Positions 21,935-32,342 of a DNA stretch of 32,342 nucleotides are shown in pieces. Where the stretch lies: assembly GCA_051047955.1 (NCBI GenBank), contig JBPGPT010000047.1:62001-94342 (forward strand). The letters run 5' to 3'. A model generated the notes under the pieces. That model searched no databases. It saw nothing but the letters and a program-made list of their open reading frames with translations, and had not been told where the DNA came from. Position numbers and translations under genes: made by a program. Position 1 is the first letter of the stretch. Each line of letters begins with the position of its first letter. This DNA is from Cystobasidiomycetes sp. EMM_F5. Its lineage: Eukaryota.

Positions 21935-23891
21935 TCAATCCCCGCAAGCGGCGAAATCGAAGACCAAAACAGCGTCGTTGGCAGTATGCCATCGACCAGT
22001 TGGGTCCTGGTTCCCGATATTTGCTGCATCTGCGGGATCTTCTTGAGATCTCAAGCCGTGTACGGCATCGACGACCGCGTGCGCCAATACGCGACCATCG
22101 GTGTTGATCCACACCATGCGCATATTTTCCTCAGAAACGGTAAACACAATTCGACAGTATTCTGGACGGTCGAGGCCGGCGGAAGCTCCAGTCGCGTAAA
22201 TAGCTGTCGAATCGCATTCAAGACGCGTCACGCCGTTGAATCTGCTGGTTGGCACACACCCGAGAGATCGGATTCTCGGCAGATTTGCGTGATGGTCATT
22301 GAGTTCAGATAGGTCGAAGGTGTACAGGACGTTTGCGCCTGGCAAACGCTAGGTCTAATATGAGCCGAAAATGTTGTTATCGCGAGAATAATCAATCAGC
22401 ATACCTGCGCTGTGAAAGCCACTACAATACGAATCAGTGTCCATTGCAATCTGTCCACAAACCAAAAGTATCTCACCTCTACCGTTCTCGACACAAACAT
22501 TGGTTATCCGCATGTTACCAGCAAGCTCGGCGTCCCCCTCAGCATCTAATTGGTAGAACGACAGTTTGACCAGGCTATCGCGACGAACATCGGGCGTCAT
22601 GCTGGACCAGCTTCGAAAATTCCGGAGCCACAGCAATTCACCGTCTGTAGTTCCGGCTATGAGATGCTTTCCATCCAGCGAATGATGCACGCATGTTACG
22701 AGGCACTGCAATGTCAACATGCGCGAAAAGAATTGGCTTCCATTCAGAGCTGTAGCGCCAGGGAAAAGTTGTGGATCCAGCAAGTTTAGTCTGGCTCCGG
22801 TTCGGCGATCAGTCAGAGTGATGGAAGAATTGGCTTGTATGATGCACACTTCGTCAATTTCGATATAGCTATAACCGGGCCGGGCCTCGAGTGCATAGTT
22901 TTCTGCAAGCTGACCACTGACCAGATCAAAGACGCATAGTCTCCTTTCCCTGTGTGATTCCGTCACCAAGTACGGATATCGAGCTTTGTATGAGGAAATA
23001 CGACAAAGAGGTGTAATCTCGTGAACGGGTACAAGGGCGTGAATGTTGCCGGTAGTGATATCATCGCACACTCGAAGGACGTGTATCTTGAAGCTGTCGC
23101 AGTCTGGGAAGGCAGCCATAGCTCAGTATACAATGTCCAGTCTTTGCCCTCAAGTTGCGTACATATAAGCAGGCCATGCGTGAACTCTATATGCGTATAC
23201 TGGCCTCCACCTTGCCGTAGAGTCTGGGGATGACGAGCCTCGGCGGACGGTGTGAAAAGCCTCGTGGACTCAATAGGCAGTGCCCAAATATCGTCGAGAG
23301 TCTCACCATCTTGCATGTAAACTGTGGGGCAGGCATGTTTTACTTTGCGATTCGCAGCGAACCAACTTGCGCCAGCCAACACTTACCACTTGCAAGAATG
23401 ATACGTCTTTCCGGGCAGACCTTGAAGCGCCAGACATCCCGTTCTGCATGTCGAATTTGGCAGGCTCTGACTACTGGTACACCGCGAGTCCAATTCGCTG
23501 CCAGCCTGTGTTTCAGCCGGACTTTGAAAGAGACTATCAGAACACGCTCTGGAAGAACATCAGATCAATGTATCGCACCAAATTCCTTCCAAGAGCCTAT
23601 GCTTTCGTAGTATGACGATGGCGTCCGCTGGCACGCGACCGCGCGCGCAAGACCTTTCAGATCCGGATAGTCGATAGTGTACCGCGATATGCCAGAGTCA
23701 CTGGCAGTCATCGGTACGTATGCATCGTATTGCAGCTCGGCGACGCCTTGCCATATCGAATCTTCGTTGTCTTTGAGGAGGGCTTGACATGACGCTGACG
23801 CCAGCCCGAAGCGCAATACGTCTAGGGGGGGAAGCAGCTGCAGAATCTGCACAATGATTTCATTTGGCAGGAGTGTCAACAGTTGGTTCAT
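21935..23891 (-). CDS. F-box protein with putative beta-propeller C-terminus (family 2, array copy A)
   Basis: LLTLLPNEIIVQILQLLPPLDVLRFGLASASCQALL F-box. Shared family motifs: YKARYPYL, HSLDGKHLIAG..G.LLW.RNFRSWSSM, DSTAIY, VFDFA*. Confidence 0.85.
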
Positions 23892-24048
23892 GTATTCCAC
23901 AGAGGCGAAAGTTGCAAATCACCACGAGTCAAACAGAAACAAGCGAATTGCAAGTAACGATACAGGCCAAAGCAAGACGACGGAGCAATTATCATCCACA
24001 ATACCTTCCTCTTGTATTACTGGTTTCGTGTACTGAAATACCGCCTCT

Positions 24049-25976
24049 TCAATCGTAGATCTCTACAACTGGCTCGTCCTGCCGATATCGTCTCCGCTCC
24101 GCCTCGCGCTGCGCAATCCGAGAGCTCGACCAGTTCGCATTTGCAAATTCGTAGGCCAATACGGTATGAGAAATAGGAGCAGCCTTACGTCTGTCGCGAT
24201 CTGCTTGACAAAAGTTGTCCAACTGGTCCATCTGACGATTATGGTCGCGAGTTATGTCAACGTAAGCTGGACATATTTTCCCGCAGGGACTACTCCAAGT
24301 GAAGGTCGGCAAGCTGTGGGTCCTGCGGATGGAAGGCTTTCGTACTGACAGATAGATTGCGGTCGAATCAGCGACGAGAGAAGGCTTGCCTGGAGTATGG
24401 ACAGTCTGCGCCAGTGAACGTAAGACCGGACAATGTTTTTGGATGTCGTTGATCCCAGTCCATTCAAAGATTCTCATGGCGTAGACAGTGGTGAAATAGC
24501 CTAAACGTTGCGTAGGCATGCCATCCATAATCGTTGGCGAAGTCACGGCAAAAATGACTTCGCAATAACCTCAGATTGGCTTGTACGAGAACCTGACCAA
24601 ACAAGGCTTACCGTGTTCATTTTGTATGGCTACATCAGATACGTGTATGGTACGAGGCACGACATCCGAGTTCGTGGCGATGTCGAGTACCATCACACTC
24701 TGGAATTCATCTGTGGCGTTCATTGATGACCGACTGCGAAATTGACGGTACCAAATCAAGGCCCCATCTACGCCAGCGAAAAGATGATTCCCGTCTGGAG
24801 AAAGGGCCAAAGCGTGGAAGCGTCCGAACGACGGGTTAAAACCTATTGGCAACAGATCAAGTACAGCACCTGTATTTCGCTCCACCGCAAGGATGCATCG
24901 TTGCGCCCAGATGACGTATTTTTCGTTGAATTCTATGCGCGCTTCTTGAATGCTGAATTGGTCCGATGTTACGCTATAGGTTTCTTGGAGACTACCATCG
25001 AGCAAGCTGTATATCCGCAACTCTCGCTCTCGTTGCCCCGAACCTTCGCACCAAAGGCCGACGGCTAAAAAGGGATACTGTGTTTGATAGCCGTTCACCA
25101 GGCCAGGAAGCTGTATGCAGACATGGCCATCCAGGAAGTAGTCATGATCAGAGTCATTCTTGACGCGCAGCTTTCGAACATGTATAACAGAGAGGGAAGA
25201 TTCCGACCGGCGACCAAGATCTACTTAAATTCATCACGTTGTGTTCTGATCGTCAAGCTGAGAGGCTCACAAACGACCAATCCGTTTGCGTATTGAACAC
25301 GTGTGGAATATTTGTCGATGAGCGTCAGTACTTGCGCGCGAGAGGGCCGTGCGTCACTGGTCATTTGTATAGCCACAATCATGCTCTGTAATTCCGGTCC
25401 GGATTGATGATCTACTTCACAAGTGAATGTGAGCGAAAGCCGTATACATTCAGGGTGAGCGCGTCTGACATAGGCTGGCGATTACCAGGCGTGTATCTGG
25501 GCAGACTTTGAAATTGTAGATGGAACATCCATACATTCCGTGCGTTGACGAGTCCAATTGGGCAATGTTTTTCTCCTTGGGAGTGCCATGCCTCCATGCC
25601 GTACGGAGATTCTGCTCCAGCTGCACTGTACAAGAACAGATATTTGATCAAGATTTATACTCGTCCATCATGCACACTCACCAAAGTCTTTCCAGGTTTG
25701 TATTCCATCGTAACAGTTTGATGCTGTCCGTCGGCAAGAGATAGCTCGTTGTAAGCCTGTTTTCGGCTCGGGCTTGTCAGCCCCACAGGTTGTGCCAGGT
25801 GTATACGCGCTGAAGTGAATCAAGGCGATAAGTCGCCATAGCTGTTCGGAGATGTCATCGACGGCGGCTCGACATGCTTTCGATGCCAAACCAAAGTTGA
25901 GAATCTCAGCAGGATTCAGCTGCGCTAGAATTTGCACCAGCACGTCGCCGTGCAGGGCAGCAATGGTAAACGTCAT
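24049..25976 (-). CDS. F-box protein, family 2, array copy B
   Basis: IAALHGDVLVQILAQLNPAEILNFGLASKACR F-box. Motifs YQTQYPFL, LSPDGNHLFAG, WYRQFRSRSSM, DSTAIY, AYEFA. Intron positions are shared with the other copies except the last one. Confidence 0.85.
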
Positions 25977-26040
25977 CTTCGACACAATAGTGTCGGATTA
26001 GTGCGTAAAGTCACATCAGCCATCCTGATCAGCGCTTCAA

Positions 26041-26180
26041 GTCTGACGGTCTTGCAGTGAGCGCACTGGCCCTCTTGGGAGATTCCGACTTCGACAGTCA
26101 TTTCCAGCACATTGGTCGGTGGACAAGCCAGTCAAATATCCCAGCTCGCGTCGGTCGATAGGCAAGTGTCATCCTCGAAA
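26041..26180 (+). pseudogene. Degenerate remnant of the 5' end (exon 1) of the methyltransferase gene at 31158
   Basis: tgacggt...gcgcactggccctcttggga...gacagtcatttccagca...ggacaagccagtc...cgcgtcggtcgataggcaagtgtcatcctcgaaa aligns by eye to 31170-31315. It has indels and no start codon. Confidence 0.75.
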
Positions 26181-26516
26181 CTTATGCAAGCTGGATAAGT
26201 GCCAGTGTGTAGCTTTCCGTATATTCAAAGCCTGAGTTCGTTCGGTTTGCAACTACGTGGATAGATGCATTCGATGTGCAAGGCTTCGCAATACTTACGA
26301 ACGCTAATAGCGTATCGGGTATTGCTTCTGGCTTTGAAATGATTTTAACCGACTCGTCCTTCTTCACCGGCAAATCAGATGTACAGTTGCTAGCAAGTCT
26401 CACCGTACTCATCGCTGGTTGCTGCGCTTTCCGTCTGCCATAGCTTCCAGTCTCAGCTGCCTTGGTCGTTTCCCTTCATATACCCTCGCATTGCCCGTCG
26501 CTGTCCCCGCAATCGC

Positions 26517-28488
26517 TCATGATTCCCTTGCCGACTGCGCCGCGAAATCGTAGATCAGGATAGAACCCTCCGTCATATTGGTGCGTTGTGCACGATGGAA
26601 CTCGGGGGAATCCACAGCCCAGACTTCCTCTACCAATGCATCCCCCAGTCTCCCACCATCGTCATACCAACCTAGACGTCGATTGTCATGCTGGTCGGAA
26701 CTCCATGCGCTTGCCTTGAGAGTGTAACGAACGTATATGGCAGCGGCGTCTACGGAAACTTTCTGCCCGACAGAAGTGAAGTCAGTTAGCAATCGTGTTG
26801 CGACCGGCATACTCTGTAGCCTTACACAATCACCATCTGCTATTTGTATGCTTCGTATCTTTGGACGACGATCCATAAAATCTGCAGTATTTTCCCAATC
26901 AAAGAGTTCGAATATGTAGATGGCCGACGGAAGGCCCTGAATTGAAGGAAATATGTCAGTGAATGGTCATGAACGCGAAGCGCTTCGTTCGTCTACTTGA
27001 ACCTGAAATACCACTGCAGCAACCTGTTAACACGAAGCATGTGCGTTTATGTGTGCAATACTGACCTCTACCCTCGCAAATGAAGACATGGTAAATGCCG
27101 AAAGACCTTTCGTTGTCCTCACGTTCAAAATGTAGCCAGACCAAGCTCTTCCGCCGAGCTTCATCGCTTAGGCTTGACCAGTCGCGGAAATTGTGATACC
27201 AAAAGAGGTATCCGCTGTATGTTCCAACAAGCAGGTGCTTGCCATCGAGAGAATGTGCAAGAGCTGTTGTTTGAGGGTAGAGATCAATCTGTGTGAGGCT
27301 GGGGGGAAGCAGCTCAATCGCGGTGCTCCTGTGTCGCTGAATCAACAGGAAGTCGTCATCGTGGCCTACCATGATGCAGTCTGCATCGAAGTCCAAGCGT
27401 GCATCACTGATGAAAGCGACGTAAGGCATGTCGTCATAAGTCTCCAGAAGGCGTCCGTCTTCAAGACTATAAATGAGCCATCGCTGGTCATACTCATCAT
27501 CATCTAAATCATCCTCTACCACAGAGGAGACCAGCAAGTAAGGATACCGGGCTTTGAATCCTGCAATTTGGCCGACCGGACGAATTGCTATGCGATCGTG
27601 GAGGAAGTACTTGTCATTCGGCTCTGATGTCACGCAAAGACGTCCAACGTGAATAGTATGGCGATCCTGGTCGCCTTCAGTGACTTTACAAATCCACTCA
27701 GCTATAGACACCGCACAAAGGTATCAGCAAACACGCACAAACTACCACTTGGTTATCAGTGTAATCGATATAGTAATGCAGAAAATGCCCAGAATGTGTC
27801 GCCAGTACTTGATGTCGGCACGGCTGCTTCTTGGAGTGAATGTCCGACCAGGGGACGGCGAGAACAAGAGAGCGGCTATTCATGCTAATGGGGTCATCTT
27901 ATGTAGGGCTTCAGAATGCAGACCTGACGAAAGCATGCAGCCTTTCGCTCCTACCGGCAAAGAAGAGACCGAGTTGCAGATCTCCGCAGACTTGCAAGGC
28001 GCGTTTGCTCAGCTCAGGGATCGGCCCCAGATTAATCTGACCAGTCTTAAGTGACGGAGTGCCCTTCTTCCAAGCTGACCGGATCTTTTGTTTAGTCTGA
28101 ACTATACACCATGAAATTTGTAGAATCCGAAACGTGGCGGGCGTAAGAGAGATGTCGAACGATAGGATAGCTTTGACCCACCAAACTCATTCCACGTTGT
28201 TGTCTCGCTGTAGCATGTGGAGACAGTTCGCTGGGATGCGATAGCGCGCTGCAATGCCGTCATACCAGGGTACGTGATGCGCTCGAAACCTCTCGTATGG
28301 TCGACAATGGGTGTATGGGCGTCGAAGTACCCTAAGGCTACTTCTCGCCATATCTGCTCTGAAACATTCTGAAAGGCTGCTTGACATCGTTTCGAGGCCA
28401 GTCCGAAGTTGAGGACCTCGACAGGGTTCAGCTGCCCTAAAATCTGTACCAGCACATCGCCGGGCAGGTCAGCAATCATGACTGGCAT
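26517..28488 (-). CDS. F-box protein, family 2, array copy C
   Basis: IADLPGDVLVQILGQLNPVEVLNFGLASKRCQ F-box. Motifs FKARYPYLL, HSLDGKHLLVG, WYHNFRDWSSL, DAAAIY, IYDFA. Confidence 0.85.
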
Positions 28489-28562
28489 CTTTGTAACTTT
28501 GTGCTGGTGTCAGGATCAGTGTCGGAGTTCGGCATAGCATTAGCATCTCCAGCAGCCGTCAA

Positions 28563-28720
28563 GTGCCGTTGTATGACGGTACAGCAACCTGCGCACTGGC
28601 CTCTTGGGAAGGACCATCATTGACAGTCATTCCAGCATCTGATTCAACGGAAAAGCCAGTCGCGTGCATTCAAGTTCGTATCGGTGGAAACAAATGCAAA
28701 GCGTCATCGTCGCGTCGAAA
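28563..28720 (+). pseudogene. Remnant of the 5' end (exon 1) of the methyltransferase gene at 31158
   Basis: Translates as (V)PLYDGTATCALASWEGPSLTVIPASDSTEKPVACIQVRIG vs MPFYDGHDGTADSALVSSEGPSITVIPAYDSKDKPVVYIPIRVG in the intact gene. The ATG is GTG here and similarity stops before the GTTG..LW motif. Confidence 0.85.
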
Positions 28721-28980
28721 TATGTGCGCGATGCAACTGATCCAATCTATAGCATTACTCAAGGTTCGTGCCGATTGCAACTCTGGGGACAAGTGCGCTT
28801 CATCTACAGGCTTTGCGGAACCTAAAGGCTGAGAGTATGTCTCAGATGTTGCTTCTAACTTGATTCATTTTCCGGCACGATACTAGTATGACCAGCTCTA
28901 AAGGAAATGTAAGTTTCGATTCGTACGACGCTTTTCGCTGCCGTCCTCCTCTACAACTCCGTGTTTGTCTCCAAGTTATT

Positions 28981-30992
28981 TCAGTCGGTCTCCGGACGCC
29001 GCGCCCTTGCGAAGTCGTATGCGATGATGCAATTCTTGGTGGAATGGCCCGCGTGCTCCGCTTCAACTGGAATCACATCATATTCGAGGAGAGTTTCGAT
29101 TTGTGCATCGCACATTTCTCCGTATTCACTGTCCCAGACTAATCGTACTTGGCGCTCTGACGGTCGCATGACGCGTCCTGGGACTGGCTCAGTCTTGGAT
29201 GCACTGACGTAGATTGCAGTCGAGTCTGCGTCAAATGTCTGATAGTTGACACTGTCACTGTCGGTAACGTCCAGCTGCGAATCGAATGCTTGCCCACTCA
29301 CGTAATCGTCGTCGATATTGCCATCTGGCCCGTAGATGACTCGAATCTTTGGGGGACGCGAAGCGAAATCTTTGACATTCGTCCATTCAAACAGTTCGAA
29401 AGTGTATAGCTTGTATCTGTAGCCCTGTTAATAAATCTCAATAGGTCACTTAGGCGTCAGATCGCGCAATCGTACTCGCAAGCCAAATATCACTGCAGAA
29501 AACGATCAGTTGAGTCAGGTTGTCTTGTATCGGGCTCACCTCTGTTGCCGTTGACGATGATATTATCGATCCTGTCCCCTACACCATGCACTTCTAATCG
29601 GACCAGACTGTTGCGCTTGGCAGGACCGCTCATTGAAGACCAGTGCCGCCAATTTCGGAACCATAAGATCTGGCCGTTACAGAAGCCCACGATGAGATGG
29701 TTTCCGTCTAGCGAATGCGCAAGATGCCTTGTTCCTTGATTCTTGACTCGCATAAACGATGACATTAAATTCATGACTGTACCGCTGTGTCGCTCTACTA
29801 ATGAAAGAGGGTGTCGGAGGGAAGTGACGACGATGTGATCTTCGTCGAAATCGACGACGGCGTATTGCTTGAAGCTGTCTTGCTCACGACCTTCGACGCC
29901 GACATAGTGCTGTTCCAGTAGGCGACCGTCTCGCAGGTCGTACATGCGCAACTGTGGCGCATCGGCATCGGCTGGCCTGTCATCAGTCTGCCCATCTTTT
30001 TCTTGGTCCTCATCGATCTGTTCTTCGTTGCAACCAAGCAGTAGCAACAGGAAAGGGAAGCGAGCCTTATAAGCGTACACCTCTTGAGGAAGTTCAAAAG
30101 AGAACGCGTTGTCAAAGCCGAGCTTTGTTGAGCCTGGCAAATGCGAAAGTTTTCGGACCTCTACTGTGAATCCTTCACGATCCGAGCAATCGTTGTCGGT
30201 GTCTATGAGGTTGATTTAGCAAGCAAAAGATCATATACAGAGTGCTCTCTTACAGATGAGCAGGTCATTCACACACTGGAAGGCTTTCACAGTATCATAC
30301 GTAACGAGGGTTTGCGCATGAGGCGATGGCATGGGACCAGTACTCCAGTTTTGTGCGAGGATACGGCAGTCAGCTTGACCGCCGATCCAAGAATCTATAG
30401 GTTGTAACACTGAGCATGATACCGGGAGACATCGATGCACTGACGTACCAGCAGCTGCGAGGATAAGTCGATGTTTTGGGCACACTCTGATGTACGTAAC
30501 GCAGGGCCATTCCAGATCCTGCAACTCGGATAAGAGAACCATGCGCCGTCTTTCTGGAATGCCATACTCCCAAGCTTTGCGAAGGTTGTGCTTTATCTTC
30601 ACTGAAGGTCAAATGACGGATGAGCTCGCATAAAGGTCCTGGTACAGCGCTACTGGCCAGAATCACATATGCTTACCGAATTCCTTCCAAGTTTTCACAT
30701 GGTCATAGCATGACGATATCGTCTGTTGGGCAGCAATAGCCTGCTCCAACGCCGACGTCAGCTCAGGCAGTTCCATATCCCTCACACCTATGCCATTGGT
30801 ATCGATGCGATTATGGTTATGGTAACGCTGCCGGGCTATAGCCCGCCACAAGGGTTCCGATACGCTTTCAATTGCTGCTTGACAGGCCTTTGAAGCCAGT
30901 ACGAAATTGAGAATGTCGGCAGGCGATAGTTGTCCAAGTGTCATCATCAGCACCAGCACATCCCCGGGCAGGGCATAGATAATGGGCGGCAT
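28981..30992 (-). CDS. F-box protein, family 2, array copy D
   Basis: IYALPGDVLVLMMTLGQLSPADILNFVLASKACQ F-box. Motifs YKARFPFL, HSLDGNHLIVG, WFRNWRHWSSM, DSTAIY, AYDFA. Confidence 0.85.
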
Positions 30993-31157
30993 TAGTGCGA
31001 TACTCTGCCAGTGGTGCGCTCAAGATCAGTTGTGGAGATCGGCCTAGCGTCAGCACTCAAAGCAGCTGAAGAACTGCGGTCTTGAAAACTGTGCCATGCT
31101 TCACCGTCATACTCGGCCAATCATTCCGGGACGGTGTCATTTTCGCCTTTCGTCCAG

Positions 31158-32228
31158 ATGCCGTTTTATGACGGTCATGACGGTACAGCCGACAGCGCAT
31201 TGGTCTCATCGGAAGGGCCATCAATAACAGTCATTCCAGCATATGATTCAAAGGACAAGCCAGTCGTGTATATTCCCATTCGTGTCGGTCGAGATGCAAG
31301 TGTCATTGTCGAAATCCAGCAGACGGATCAATTTCATGGCACGACTGGAAGCACGCTCTGGCTGGGCGGACAGGCGAGTTTTGTTTTATTCACCATCTGC
31401 CGAAAATCAGAATGGCTGATCTGTGCAATTTGCACTCGCCAACACGACTAATGATTTTTGATTCATGACGCTCGATAGATCCTCTCCGCATATCTTCAGT
31501 CCCTCTTCCTGCGCAAGCCACGAACCTCATCGAAAGCTCATTTGAAAGCAATAGACCTTGGTGCTGGCTTGGGCAAGTCTCGCAGAGTGTTTCCAAGCAT
31601 TGCGGTTCCAACTAATGGTACCGGTACCGATTGCAGGCCTGACATCGCTCGCTCTGGCCGCCTGTGGTTTCGATGTCGTAGCGACCGACCTGCCCGTCAT
31701 GGTCGACGGCCTCTTGAGCAAGAACATCTCCAATAATCTGTCTAAGCTTCGGAATGCAACAGACACTTGTGGAACCATCCACGCACATGTGCTAGACTGG
31801 GGGAGCAGCCACACTGATTGGAAATGGCCAAACGATACCCACATACCTGCTTTTGATGTGATTGTCAGTGCGGATTCCAGTCCGTCTTTCCTTCACTTTG
31901 CAACTGTACTAATACTGAGATGACCTTCTCCACATTAGTCTACTCTGCGCCTCTGATTACTCCACTTCTCGATACCGTGCAGGCTTTGTCTCAGCAATCA
32001 ATGCAACGTAACGGCAAAGGACCAGAGATATACATTGCGTACGAGCACCGGGACGATGCGCAGTATACCAATTTTCTCCTTCAAGCGGAAGCGCGTGGCT
32101 TTCATATCAAGACTATACACGCAGACACTGTTCACAAGGCTGTCTATGAGGCATACGCATGGGATGCCGAGCAGTATGAAGGGATCAGTGTTTTCCGCAT
32201 GCAGTTGCGGGTATCGCACAAGTCTTGA
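31158..32228 (+). CDS. Class I SAM-dependent protein methyltransferase, METTL21/EFM (Methyltransf_16) family
   Basis: GTTGSTLWLGGQ|ILSAYL, motif I AIDLGAGLG|LTSLALAACGFDVVATDLP, LDWG, FDVIVSADS|IYS (DxxY motif), IAYEHRD. Exons 31158-31373, 31479-31572, 31637-31879 and 31939-32228 join in frame. Confidence 0.9.
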
Positions 32229-32342
32229 ATGCATTTCATTACAGCGCAGTATTATTCTCTGCTATGGCATGACACTATCTAGCTCTCATGCCTGCCTGCC
32301 GCACTCTATAGATTCTGCCTGCCCAGAAACGCTCTCACCGCT

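Noticed and set aside
25200..25280. Apparent in-frame stop or frameshift in F-box copy B suggesting a pseudogene
   Set aside because: It is resolved by a 50-nt GTGAGC...TAG intron at the same position and phase as introns in copies A, C and D.
1..32342. Prokaryotic-type systems, CRISPR arrays, transposons, tRNA or rRNA genes
   Set aside because: No repeat-spacer arrays, terminal repeats, transposase or RT motifs, or RNA gene signatures were seen. The sequence is explained by spliced eukaryotic genes.

Overview
This is intron-rich, gene-dense fungal genomic DNA with mostly 50-80 nt introns, CTRAY/CTGAG branch sites and intergenic gaps often under 200 bp. It most likely comes from a compact-genome basidiomycete (inference). 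I find about 17 spliced protein-coding genes: an omega-like GST, NMNAT, RanGAP, an SRR1-domain protein, two paralogous F-box/LRR-like genes flanking a hypothetical gene, a PHO81-like SPX-ankyrin-GDPD gene, two CFEM proteins, a low-confidence ORF, an alpha/beta hydrolase, NDC1, a tandem array of four divergent F-box/putative beta-propeller genes, and a METTL21/EFM-like methyltransferase. Four observations stand out. (1) The first PHO81 intron looks like two complete introns back to back with a zero-nucleotide exon (AG|GT, recursive-splicing-like). (2) The F-box array carries decaying copies of the neighbouring methyltransferase's 5' end, which record the duplication unit. (3) One array member appears to have exonized an intron that its paralogs still splice. 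(4) The methyltransferase appears to use two GC-AG introns. No RNA genes, CRISPR arrays or mobile elements were recognised. All exon structures are manual predictions without transcript data.
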